64,000 nucleotides of DNA, taken from contig CM126215.1 of the NCBI GenBank assembly GCA_052327205.1, positions 126,046,001-126,110,000 on the forward strand, read 5' to 3'. Origin of the DNA: Somniosus microcephalus (taxonomy: Eukaryota). Positions 23,165 through 35,109 of the stretch are shown here, in pieces. Positions within the stretch are counted from its first letter, which is position 1; each line of letters opens with the position of its first letter. A program made the position numbers and the translations under genes. The notes under the pieces were generated by a model. The model had not been told where the DNA came from. It made no database searches and saw only the letters and a list, made by a program, of their open reading frames with translations.

Positions 23165-23918
23165 TAACAACAACTTGCATTTATATAGCGCCACATCCCC
23201 AAGGCGCTTCACCAGGGGCATTATCCAAAAAAAATTAGACGTCGAGCCACATGAGATATTATGACAGCTGGGTCAAAGAGGAACGTTTTAAGGAGCGTCT
23301 TAAAGGAGGAGAGAGGCGGAGAGGTTTAAGGAGGGAATTCCAGAGCTTAGGGCCCAGGCAGCTGAAGGCACGGCCGCCAATGGTGGGGGCGAAGGAAATC
23401 GGGGATGCGCAAGAGGCCAGAACTGGAGGAGAGCAGAGCTCTCTGAGGGGTTGTTTTCCAATCCCTCCATGGCCTCGCCCCTCCCTATCTCTAATCTCCT
23501 CCAGTCCTACAACCCCCCCGAGATATCTACGCTCCTCTAATTCTGCCCTCTTGAGCATCCCTGATTATAATCGCCCATCCATTGGTGGCCGTGCCTTCTG
23601 TTGCCTGGGCCCTGAGCTCTGGAATTCCCTGCCTAAACCTCTCCGCCTCGCTACCTCTCTTTCCTCCTTTAAGACGCTCCTTAAAACCTACCTCTTTGAC
23701 CAACCTTTTGGTCACCTGCCCTAATTTCTCCTTATGTGGCTCGGTGTCAAATATTTTGTCTTAAAATACTCCTGTGCAGCGCCTTGGGACGTTTTACTAC
23801 GTTAAAGGTGCTATACAAATACAAGTTGTTGTTGTTGTTGGTTGTGGGATTGGAGGAGGATATAAAGATAGGGAGAGGCGAGGCCAGGGAGGAATTTGAA
23901 TACGAGGATGAGAATTTG
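23165..23918. mobile_element. L2 3' end (+, ~23455-23838) inserted in opposite orientation into another L2 3' end (-)
   Basis: Reverse-complementary IGGRAFS..LWNSL segments; the - copy resumes at ~23840. Confidence 0.75.
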
Positions 23919-25084
23919 ATCCATTTGGGGGGAGGGAGAGGCTTTTAAGGTTGAATCTCAGCACACATCTGGAAATGGAAAAGTGCTGCTTTTGAATGAA
24001 CAAGAAGATTTAATCCTTTAAACCCCCAGACCCCCCCTCCCCCGCCCTCTCCAGACAATTATGACTTCTGTAACAAGGAAGGTTACAGAGTTCACATGAA
24101 AGATACATGCATTGGGTGTTCATTATTCAAAGAGGACGCTTAATAAAAACCACAAAACCAGCTGGCAGATGCAATAAGGAACATCAATGGGGATGAGCCG
24201 TGACATTTTAAAGCTACATGACACTGCTGTTATTGTTCCTGATGTCACTGCTTAAAATATTGAAAAATGAAATGGGGAAATGTTCTGTTCAAGAAAGAAC
24301 TTGCATTTCTCCAGCACCTTTCACAACCTCAGGACATTCCAGGGCGCTTCACAGGGAATGAAGTACTTTTTGAAGTGTGGTCACTGTTGTAATGTAGGAA
24401 ACGCGGCAGTCAATTTGTGCACAGCAAGCTCCCACAAACAGCAATGTGATAATGAGCAGATCATCTGTTTTTTTTTAGTGATGTTAGTTGAGGGATAAAT
24501 ATTGGCCCCAGGACACCGGGGAGAACTCCCCCTGCTCTTCTTCGAAATTGTGGCCATGGGATCCCACTTGCGACGGACGACGGGGCCTCCGGAGAGGGTT
24601 TGAAACTCCCAGGTCATGGAGAGATTTCCACAGGCATTCTCCCGCTCAGCCAGGACGGGCCAGTCGGGCGAGGTATTGGAGGGCACGGCCGCCCGTGGAG
24701 CCCGCACCCGAGCAGCTGTCAGCGCTCTCCGTGAAGGAGGTGGAGAGGAAGAGGAAAAAATGGGCATGGGAGGAGGGGACTGAGGATTTTTCAGTGTACC
24801 AGCCTGTGATACGTTAACATGCAGCAACACAGGGCGCACTAGATCCCAAAGCTAACTGCAGACGACATCAGATAAGAGAGGCTTTAGGACGGAGTGTACA
24901 GGTATGCTGTGAAGCTGTGATTGATCTAATAAACACTTAGTCTGCTAAACATGCCGGACCTCACATCAGCCCCAATCTGATCAATCAATATCCTTCACGG
25001 AAACAGATGGCGGAAACCTAAAAATCTTTATTTGAATCTATATTGATTTTTCAGATTCACAAAATGAAATTGAATTTTTTTTTT

Positions 25085-25448
25085 TAATTCATTCTCGGGA
25101 TGTAGGCGTCGCTGGCAAGGCCAGCATTTATTGTCCATCCCCTAGTTGCCCCCTGAAATCAGTGGCTTGCTGGACCATTTCAGAGGGGCAGTTGAGAGCC
25201 AACCACATTGGTGTGGGGACTGGAGTCACATGTAGGCCCAGACCGGGTGAGGACGGCAGGATTCCTTCCCTAAAGGAACATGAGTGAACCAGCTGGGTTT
25301 TTATGACAATCCGACAGCTTCACGGTCACTTTTACTGAGACCAGCTCTATATCTCCAGAATTTATAAACTGAATTTAAATTCTCAAACTGCCGTGGTGAG
25401 ATTTGAATTCACGTTCTCTAAGGATTTTGGATTCCTAGTCCAGTAATA
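25085..25448 (-). mobile_element. Third SINE-like family (related pieces at ~34915-35075, ~40270-40380, ~45140-45245)
   Basis: Shared GACAGCTTCA.GGTCACTTTTACTGA and CAAGGCCAGCATTTATT segments among copies. Confidence 0.6.
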
Positions 25449-25450
25449 TC

Positions 25451-25681
25451 TGACGTAATAAAACTCACTACACACTTGGTTTGAGTATAAAGCAAGGCTT
25501 TAATCAACTTGTTTCAGAACATGGAGGTCTAGTTGTACTTCACTAGTTCCTTGTCTTACAAAATGTCCCTGGGCAAGCTGGGCCCACGCCCGAGTATTTA
25601 TACTCCTTGGACGGCGCCACCAGCTGGCCGTCCAGCATTATTTCATGAGTAGTTTCTTGATGAATGATGAGATTTATAACA
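25451..25681 (-). mobile_element. Solo LTR
   Basis: TG...CA, near-TSD ATATC/ATACC; homologous in reverse orientation to 52826-53377. Confidence 0.7.
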
Positions 25682-26058
25682 ATACCAGTATTTATTGTGT
25701 TTGCTTTCCCTGTTCCTCAATTTTGTCCGTAAGGAGGTGGACTCAGGTAAGGGTTCCATGGCCACCTTCACCGTCTCGTGCTCCCTCACTCAAAAGGCTA
25801 TTCCTCATCCATATGTCCCAGTAATGTAGGGGCACATTTTAACTCCCGCTGCCGAGTGGAAACTGGGCGGAACCATCAGCCGCCTAGGCCCTAAGCTCTG
25901 GAATTTCCTCTCTAAGCTCCTCTGCATCTCTACCTCTCTCTCGCTTCCTTTAAGACCCTCCTTAAGTCCCGCCTTTGACCAAGCTTTTCTTCACCTGTCT
26001 TAATATCTCCTTATCTGGCTCGATGTCAAATTCTGTCTGGAACGCTCTTCTAAAGGCG

Positions 26059-26767
26059 GGTGCATGAACAGAGAGACCTGGGGGTATATGTGCACAAATT
26101 GCTCAAGGTGGCAGGGCAGGTTGAGAAAGTGGTTAAAAAAGCATCCGGGATCCTGGGCTTCATGAATAGAGGCACAGAGTACAAAAGCAAGGAAGTTATG
26201 ATGAACATTCGGCCTCAACTGGAGTATTGTGTCCAAATCTGGGCACCGCACTTTGGGAAGGATGTGAAGGCCTTAGAGAGGGTGCAGAAAAGATTCACAA
26301 GAATGATTCCAGGAATGAGGGACTTCAGTTACGTGGATAGACTGGAGAAGCTGGGATTGTTCTCCTTAGAGCAGAGAAGATTGAGAGGAGATTTGATAGA
26401 GGTGTTCAAAATCATGAGGGGTCTGGACAGAGTAGATAGAGAGAAACTGTTCCCATTGGTGGAAGAGTCGAGAACCAGAGGACACAGATTTAAGGTGATT
26501 GGCAAAAGAACCAAAGGCGACATGAGGAAAAACCTTTTTACACAGCGAGTGGTTACGATCTGGAATTCTCGGCCTGAAAGGGATGTGGAGCCAGACTCAG
26601 TTGTGGCTTTTAAAAGGGAGTTGGATAAGTTCCTGAAGGAAAAAAAATTGCAGAGCTATGGGGAAAGGGCGGGGGAGTGGGACTGGCTGAAGTGCCCCTG
26701 CAGAGAGCCGGCATGGGCTCGATGGGCCGAATGGCCTCCTTCTGTGCTGTAACCATTCTATGATTCT
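26059..26767 (+). mobile_element. CR1 LINE 3' fragment
   Basis: 230-aa ORF with RPQLEYCVQ.WAP, LERVQKRFTRM, RRLRGDLIEVFKI and TRGH motifs; ATTCTATG tail. Confidence 0.92.
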
Positions 26768-27095
26768 AAACCACTCTGCCTCTCCACCTCTCTCTCCTCC
26801 TAAAGTGGCCCCTTAAACCTCCCTCTTTGACCAAGTGTTTGTTCACCTGACCTAATATCTCCTTATGTGGCTCCGTCTCAAAGTTTGTCCAAGAACGCAA
26901 GTTGTTGTTGTTGGAACAGGAGTTGAAATCCAAGTGGAACACTGTGTCCGTTTCCCGCTCCGTGGATATTAAACCCTCGCTGCTTTCTCGGGTGGCTGAG
27001 GACTCCGCTGCTATTTTAACTGTTACTGGGTGAGAGTCCCCTCCAGTAACAGCTGGTGGACTCACAGCAGACAGCCTGTAGTGTGAGGTCTCGCC

Positions 27096-27525
27096 CATGG
27101 CTCAGTGCGTAGCACTCTCTCTCGCCCACTGAGTCAAGAAGGTTGTGGGTTCAAGTACCACTCCAGAGACTCGAGCACATAATCTAGGCTGACACTCCCA
27201 GTGCAGTGCTGAGGGAGTGCTGCACTGCCAGAGGTGCTGTCTTTCGGATGAGATGTTAAACCGAGGTCCCGTCTGCTCTCTCAGGTGGACGTAAAAGATC
27301 CCACGGCCACTATTGGAAGAAGAGCAGGGGAGTTCGTCCTGGGGCCAATATTTATCCCTCAATCAACATCACTAAAACAGATTAGCTGGTCATTTATCAC
27401 ATTGCTGTTTGTGGGAGCTTGCTGTGCGCAAATTGGCTGCCGCGTTTCCTACATTACAACAGTGACTACACTTAAAAATAGTACTTCATTGGCTGTGAAG
27501 CGCTTTGGGACATCCTGAGGTGGTG
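27096..27525 (+). mobile_element. SacSINE1-like SINE
   Basis: Matches other copies. Confidence 0.8.
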
Positions 27526-28421
27526 CACGTTTTTTCTTTAAATCTCTTTTTAGAAAACTGATTGTGGGGATTTTTACTGACATTAATTAGTGTGAACTGG
27601 AAGGGAAGGTTGAAATGGCTGGAGGTTCCCAGGCTCGATGTGTTTTCAGAAGGCTGGTGAAATAAACACATGTGTGCATGTGTGTGCAGTCGGCAGAAGG
27701 CGCTAGAGACTGTTTCTCCAACTCTCTCTCTCCCTCTGCTGTTGTCACCTCTCTCATTACCCTTGCAGCAGATTGTGTGTGAAAGGCACAGAGAGGGAGT
27801 TTACTCCATCAGACAGACAGGCCATCACATCCCTTGCAGGAGATGGCCGTTGATGAGCACACTCACATTCAGTGCTCCCACTCTCTAAAGGAGAGAGAGA
27901 GCGAGCTCGGAACATGTCCTTCCCCAAAGAAAATCTCCAGCACCACCCTTAAAGCAAAACACAAACAAACAGAAGGTGCACTTTTGAGGATGGTTATCTC
28001 TCCGTGCAGCTCATCTCTGGCCCTCTTTCCTGCAATCACTAAAAGTTCAGAAAAATCATTAATGAAATTAAAATGCCAATGCTTAAAAAAAGCCAGACCG
28101 AGCTGGGGCTGAATACAAGGGGATTTTGTTTTTGCCTAACATGTCAAGCTACCGAACAATGTTAAATAAAACCACAGTCAGCATTTAACCTTTCCCTTAT
28201 AGCTGTAAAACAAAAATTAGGAGCAACTGATTTTCCCGCAAACTGTCGATAGGGCAGGGGCAAGAGAGACATGATTTTTAAAAAATTTGTCTTCAATCCA
28301 CCCTGACATGTTTGGAGTTAAACGATGATTGATTGAGTTGTGGAAACATTGTTTAAAAGTATTTAAACTGCGTGTATATCTGTGCCCAGCCGAGGAGCGA
28401 TTGAAACTGCAGTCTCGGATT

Positions 28422-28745
28422 NNNNNNNNNNNNNNNNNNNNNNNNNNNNNNNNNNNNNNNNNNNNNNNNNNNNNNNNNNNNNNNNNNNNNNNNNNNNNNN
28501 NNNNNNNNNNNNNNNNNNNNNNNNNNNNNNNNNNNNNNNNNNNNNNNNNNNNNNNNNNNNNNNNNNNNNNNNNNNNNNNNNNNNNNNNNNNNNNNNNNNN
28601 NNNNNNNNNNNNNNNNNNNNNNNNNNNNNNNNNNNNNNNNNNNNNNNNNNNNNNNNNNNNNNNNNNNNNNNNNNNNNNNNNNNNNNNNNNNNNNNNNNNN
28701 NNNNNNNNNNNNNNNNNNNNNNNNNNNNNNNNNNNNNNNNNNNNN
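28422..28745. other. Assembly gap (N run)
   Basis: Run of N. Confidence 1.
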
Positions 28746-29621
28746 CGGAGGATTAGGAGCTTTTTTTTTAATCGTTTCCTTTTTCTGGCGGATCGGCAAA
28801 TGAGCATTGAGAGGATTTTCTCTCTCTTTTTAGATGAATGGTTGATTCCAGTCCTTCCCTTTTTCTCACTCTCGCGCTCTCTCTCTCCACCCCCTTTCCC
28901 CCCCAAGTTGTGTGTGTGTGTATTCTCTCTCTCTCTCTCTGTGCATGTGTCAGTTCAGAGCTGTGCTCGTTCACAGCACATCAGTCTGTGTTTGTGTTTT
29001 GTGTGTGTGTCGGACTGCAGGAGACAGACACACACACACAGTAACACACACAGGAGGAATGCAACCGGATTATTCTGAAGCTTTTGCCACAAGAAGGCAG
29101 AGGATGGAAATCAAGCCCTACTGATTGATCCCACTTAAACTCTGCTGGTCACCAGGAACCTGACGGCGGGGAGAGAAAGCATCACCAAAAAAAAAGATTT
29201 AAAAAATGCAAGGATTTTAATTCGCGTGTCCGAGCTCTGCTCCTGAAACGCCACTCTCTGCAGACCTGGGGAGAAAGTTGAGAGAGAGCCTGGTCCTGCT
29301 GTCTTGTGGCTTCTGCCGAAGGTTTCTTGCTGAGGGTCTCCGCTGATTGATTTACTCCCGAGTCCCACCGCCAGAACCCGGGCTGTGCGAACACACTGGA
29401 GATCAGACTGCCTCCCTTCAGTCGCTAGGGGAACTATTCCAACTTGCTGCTCGCTCGCTCGCTCGCTGCTGCCGCCGCCTCCTCTCTGTTTATTCTCACC
29501 TCTCAACAAATTATATATATTTTTTTGCATCGGTGCTCTCTCTCTCTCTCTCTCTCTGTCTCCGTCTCCCCTTGGAAGTTGTCTCCACTCCACTCTCCCC
29601 ACCGTCAGCAGTTATGCCAGG
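28746..29621 (+). promoter_or_regulatory. Putative promoter/5' UTR of host gene
   Basis: Transposon-free, with CT/GT/CA and CTCG/GCC microsatellites and raised CpG, directly upstream of a signal-peptide exon; TSS not determinable. Confidence 0.5.
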
Positions 29622-29673
29622 ATGGGTTTGCTGACATATGTCGTTGCCTGTGGATTAATCTCCCAAGTTTATG
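29622..29673 (+). CDS. Putative first coding exon: signal peptide MGLLTYVVACGLISQVY(G) of an unidentified secreted/type-I membrane protein
   Basis: AGGATGG strong Kozak context, 17 hydrophobic codons ending in a V-Y-G cleavage-like motif, consensus phase-1 donor G|GTAAGT. Confidence 0.65.
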
Positions 29674-30864
29674 GTAAGTCCCAGTTTGCTTTTTTTTAAA
29701 GTCAAGATTTGGAGGAATTGCACGCCAAAAAAAAAAAGCGAGCGGGCTCCAATCTGTGGAGCCTGGCTGTGTGTCTGTGTGTCGGCTGATACCGAGAATG
29801 GTGCCTTTTGCCCCCAGCAAGTTTGGTCTGGGAATGATGAGTGTTTGCTGTTTGTTCTGAAAGAATGCAGACACCAGCACTTGCAAAGCTCGTTTCTTTT
29901 TATTATATATATATACATTACACCACTGTGTTACAGATGTTTAAACCGCATTCATTTGCCCTTCACGTTAAAATATGCAACTTCAAAGGTTCAGCTTGAT
30001 AATGGAATGTTGGTTGCCCCGTCAAAGAATAGATTTTTTAACAAAAAAGCAAACCAGTGTCCAATGTCCCCCACAGGGGCCAGTCTGAGACTGAGGCGGG
30101 GGGGGGGTGTATAAGAGGGTGACAATCCCTGCTTTTTTTTTGAGGTGAGGGGTTTGCATTTGGGGTTGAGGTGGGATTGGGAATCACCTTCTCCCCATCT
30201 CTCGCAGAGGAAGCATTTAACAGAATGCATTTTTTTTTGAGGGAGCATCTACTCTTTGACATCCTTAAACCGAACCGGCCCCCATCAGTATTGATCATCA
30301 CCTTTATAAATGCGCACAAGTAGAGCGAGACTTCTTGAGAACTGAGATGTTTTCCCCCCCACTGCTGATCTATGTCTAATATTCAATGATGAACCTCTTT
30401 CCCTATCTAACGGAGCCAGTGCGGACAAGTGTCACTGCCTGTATCTAGCTGGATGAAACACATGTCCTGAACAATATTATTAGATCTCCGTTTGGTGAGA
30501 AGGACGGGTCTGGGACTCGATAGCTGCTGAGATTGTGTTGATGGCTGGCAGCGAGAGAGAGGATCGATGGGGAGATGATGTGAGGCGCTGGCGGGTGGTG
30601 GGACCAGTGCCCGAGATGGTCCAGATACTTCCACCAGCTCAGCGCATGGGATTCTCATCCAGAGTCGAAGAGGGCCAGGAATATTAACCCGCAATACCTG
30701 GAGCCGATCTGTGCGGGGTCACAGCGCTGTGCTAGAGTTTGGATGAGGGATTGGGAAGGAGTTTGATGGTTCAGCAGATATTTTTTGTTGTGAATTCTTG
30801 TTAATTTCACGTCATTTCGTGTCAACTAGTCCGTGATTTTCTGATGAGCATCTCGTCCTCCAAA

Positions 30865-31198
30865 CCCTTCGTTCCTTCCCTCCCGGCTCCCCTTCCTTCA
30901 TCCCTCCCTTCTCCCTCCATCCCCTCCCTTCCCTCCCTCCATCCCCTCCCTCTCTCCCTCCACCCCTTCCCTCCCTCCCCTCCCTCCATCCCCTCCCTCT
31001 CTCCCTCCACCCCTTCCCTCCCTCCATCCCCTCCCTTTCTCCCTCCATCCCCTCCCTCTCTCCCTCCATCCCCTCCCTCTCTCCCTCCACCCCTTCCCTT
31101 CCTTCATCCCTTCCTCCCCTCCCTCCTCAAACCTTCCTCCTTACCTCCCCCCCCTCCACCCCTTCCTTCCTCCCTCCATCCCCTCCCCCTCCCTCCCA
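30865..31198. repeat. CT-rich low-complexity repeat
   Basis: (CCCT)n-like tract. Confidence 0.9.
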
Positions 31199-31677
31199 AG
31201 CCCAGCATGATCCGGAGTTGAACGAGTTTGAATTGTGACCCAGTCCATTCACCCAGATCTTCCCATTTAACAAGAGGACCTTTAATGCTAAGGTCATTGA
31301 ATTAAAGTGAGGTCATACTGAGGATCCTGGAATGTCAAAATGAACATCTGTGAGAATCTATTCATTGTAAGTCGTCATCTTGATAGAATCAACTCAAAGC
31401 AGTTAGAATAGCCTACTCCTAATTTAAATCATTCATATTATCTGAACATTTGTCTTTTTAGCACAAACCCCCACTTTCAATATCACGGTTGTTAACATTG
31501 CTTCATTTAAATGATTGGATAACTCATTTTTTACCGCAAAGAAAGGGATTTGAAATGATTGGTAGAGTGTAGTTAAAGTCTGCACACATCTGTTAAATCG
31601 TAAGAGGGCACCGTTTCCCAGTCCTTCTCATTTACAATTCCCAGTTATGTCAGACCTGTTCCATCCTGTATCAGTCA

Positions 31678-32430
31678 GAGGAGGGGAAGGGACAGGGGTG
31701 AGGCAGGAGAGGGCAGGGAAGGGAAGGAGAGGGAGGAGAGGGGAGGGGAGGGGAAGTGAAGGGAGGGGAAGGAGAGGGAGGGGAGGGGAAGTGAAGGGAG
31801 GGGAAGGAGAGGGAGGGGAAGTGAAGGGAGCGGAAGGAAAGGAAGGGGCNNNNNNNNNNNNNNNNNNNNNNNNNNNNNNNNNNNNNNNNNNNNNNNNNNN
31901 NNNNNNNNNNNNNNNNNNNNNNNNNNNNNNNNNNNNNNNNNNNNNNNNNNNNNNNNNNNNNNNNNNNNNNNNNNNNNNNNNNNNNNNNNNNNNNNNNNNN
32001 NNNNNNNNNNNNNNNNNNNNNNNNNNNNNNNNNNNNNNNNNNNNNNNNNNNNNNNNNNNNNNNNNNNNNNNNNNNNNNGGGGAGGGGAAGTGAAGGGAGG
32101 GGAAGGAGAGGGAGCGGAAGTGAAGGGAGGGGAAGGAAAGGAAGGAAAGGAAGGGGCAGCAAGGGAGGGGGGAAGTAGAGGGAGGGGAGGGGAAGGAGAG
32201 GGGAAGGGAATGGAGGGGAAGGAGAGGGAGGGAGGGGAAGGAGAGGGAGGGGAGGGGAAGGGAATGGAGGGGAAGGAGAGGGAGGGAGGGGAGGGGAAGG
32301 GAGGGTTGGGGGAGAGAGAGGGTGGGAAGAGGGGAAAGGTAAGGAGGGGGGAAGGAGAAAGGAATTAGGGGGAAGGAGAGATGGGAAGTGATGAAGAGAA
32401 AGAGAGGGTGTTATGGGGAGAGGAGGGGAT
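31678..32430. repeat. GA-rich low-complexity repeat spanning an assembly gap (31850-32078)
   Basis: Purine tract on both sides of the N run. Confidence 0.9.
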
Positions 32431-32486
32431 CAGATCCAAATTGCAGCTGCTGTGATTATTCTTCTGCAAAAGGTGAGGGTGGTATT

Positions 32487-32879
32487 GAGCAGGTTAGGGG
32501 GTCGGAGACTGTCTGATGGGCGGGGAGCAGGTTAGGGGGTCGGAGACTGTCTGATGGGTGGGGAGCAGGTTAGGGGGTCAGAGACTGTCTGATGGGTGGG
32601 GAGCAGGTTAGGGGGTCAGAGACTGTCTGATGGGTGGGGAGCAGGTTAGGGGGTCGGAGACTGTCTGATGGGCGGGGAGCAGGTTAGGGGGTCGGAGACT
32701 GTCTGATGGGCGGGGAGCAGGTTAGGGGGTCGGAGACTGTCTGATGGGCGGGGAGCAGGTTAGGGGGTCAGAGACTGTCTGATGGGCGGGGAGCAGGTTA
32801 GGGGGTCGGAGACTGTCTGATGGGCGGGGAGCAGGTTAGGGGGTCGGAGACTGTCTGATGGGCGGGGAGCAGGTTAGGG
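32487..32879 (+). repeat. 38-bp minisatellite, ~10 copies, each with one TTAGGG
   Basis: Unit GAGCAGGTTAGGGGGTCGGAGACTGTCTGATGGGCGGG. Confidence 0.95.
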
Positions 32880-32957
32880 AACTTGTATTTGACAAAAGCA
32901 TGTTTTGCAGGTTCAATTCCCTCTCTCTGATATTCTTAGTGCACCTTATAAGACATC

Positions 32958-33349
32958 GGGCAGCACGGTGGCATAGTGGTTAGCACTGTTGTCTCACAGC
33001 GCCAGGGACCCGGGTTCGAATCCGGCCTCGGGTGACTGTCTGTGTGGAGTTTGCACATTCTCCCCGTGTTTGCGTGGGTTTCCTCCGGGTGCTCCGGTTT
33101 CCTCCCACAGTCCAAAGATGTGCGGGTTAGGTTGATTGGCTATGATAAATTGACCTTAGTGTTAGGGGGATTAAATACGTGGGGTTACGGGGATAGGGTG
33201 GGATATGTGTTGGTGTAGGGGTTACAGGGATCGGGTGGGATATGTGTTGGTGTAGGGGTTACGGGGATAGGGTGGGATATGTGTCGGTGCAGGCTCGATG
33301 GGCCGAAATGGCCTCTATCTGCACTGTGGGGTTTCTGTGATTCTGTGAT
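32958..33349 (+). mobile_element. HE1-like V-SINE with a triplicated internal segment
   Basis: tRNA head (GGTTCGAATCC), V core; GGGGTTACGGGGATAGGGTGGGATATGTGTTGGTG present three times; GATTCTGT tail. Confidence 0.85.
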
Positions 33350-33773
33350 CGGCAGAAATTCCTACCCATGGTATTTTAACTCAGGCCTTAACCAATTTTG
33401 AAATAGTTACTATCACCAGGGGGAGAATAATCCTTTTGGGGTCTGATCTAGGAGCAATCCTGTATTGAAGTATGAAGAATGTAGGCAGAATCAGTCTATC
33501 ACTGAACGTCTTGAGATTGCAGTCATTCCGATCACTTGATGGCTGTGTGGTTTATCCAATCTGACACTGAAAACTTTACACAGCGATTGTGCGGAGTTCG
33601 ATCCATTCTTGATGCTAATAGATTCTAAATCAGTGCCGTGGTTAAATCTTGCCCAACATGTTCCTATCTCTCCTTTCCTTTCCTTACCTCCCTCCTTCTC
33701 TTCCCTTCTTCCCATCTTTCCTTCACCTCCTTTCCCTCCCCTCCCCTCACCTTCCCTCTTCCCATCTCTCCGT

Positions 33774-34470
33774 CAACAACAACCTGTATTTATATAGCGC
33801 CTTTAATGTAGTAAAACATCCCAAGGCGCTTCACAGGAGTATTATAAGATAACAAATTTGACACCGAGCCACATAAAGAGAAATTAGGGCAGGGACCAAA
33901 AGCTTGGTCAAAGGGGTAGGTTTTAAGGAGCGTCTTAAAGGAGGAGAGAGAGGCGGAGAGGTTTAGGCAGGGAATTCCAGAGCTCAGGGCCCAGGCAGCT
34001 GAAGGCACGGCCACCAATGATGGAATGATTAAAATCAGGGATGCTCAAGAGGGCAGAATTAGAGGAGCGCAGATATCTCGGGGGGGTTGTAGGGCTGGAG
34101 GAGATTACAGAGATAGGGAGGGGTGAGGCCACGGAGGGATTTGAAAACAAGGATGAGAATTTTGAAATCGAGGCGCTTGCTTAACCGAGAGCCAGTGTAG
34201 GTCAGCGAGCACAGGGGAGATCGGTGAATGGGACTTGGTGCGAGTTAGGACATGGGCAGCCGAGTTTTGGATGACCTCAAGTTTATGTAGGGTAGAATGT
34301 GTGAGACCAGCCAGGAGTGCGTTGGAATAATCGAGTCTAGAGGTAACAAAGGGATGGATGAGGGTTTCAGCAGCGGATGAGCTGAAGCAAGGGCGGAGAC
34401 GGGCGATGTTACGGAGGTGGAAATAGGCGGTCTTACTTATGCCGCGGATATGTGGTTGGAAGCTCATTTC
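33774..34470 (-). mobile_element. L2-type LINE 3' fragment
   Basis: YFHLRNIARLRP..FVTSRLDYSNALL..IQNSAA..LHWL motif. Confidence 0.9.
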
Positions 34471-35109
34471 ATTTCTTCCCCTCCCATTGCCCTCTCTCCT
34501 TTCCTTCCCTTCGCTCCCCCTTTTTTCTATTTCTCCTTCCCCCTCTCCTCTCCTCCCCTGCCCTTCCCCTTCCCCTCTTCCACCCCCTCTCCTTCCCCTC
34601 CCCTTCCCTCTGTCCGTCTTCCTCTCCCTCTTGGAATGTGTTGATCACTGGACCACTGTACATGAATGGGAGATACATAGTCGCGGTTACTTGTATATAT
34701 ATATGCGCTGTAGGGCTATGTTCCAGACTCCCACAGTAACCCCCCTCCCTCAGTAACCACCCTCCCACAGTAACCCCCCTCCCACAGTTAACTAGGAAGT
34801 TATGACCCATTAAGTCCAGGACCACTCGGAACCGTCCCGTCTGTGTAATGGGTTCTGCCCATGTCATTTATTTTTTAAATGGGGAAACCAAGGCCCATTG
34901 GGCATCAGACCACAGTTGAAATGACGATCTGACAGCTTCATGGTCACTTTTTACTGATACCAGCTTTTTATTTCCAAGATTTATAAACTGAAATCAATTC
35001 TCAAACTGCCGTGGAGGGATTCAAACTCATCTTCTCTCAATTATTAGTCCAGTAACATAGAAACTACACTACCATTTCCATAACTAAACATAGCTTCAAC
35101 ACGCCGAGG

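Noticed and set aside
28217-29078. Long ORFs across the first N run (likewise 31647-32162)
   Set aside because: Artefacts of assembly gaps.
29622-29673. Assigning a gene name (ROBO-, KIRREL- or NCAM-like)
   Set aside because: 17 residues of signal peptide are insufficient for a specific call.
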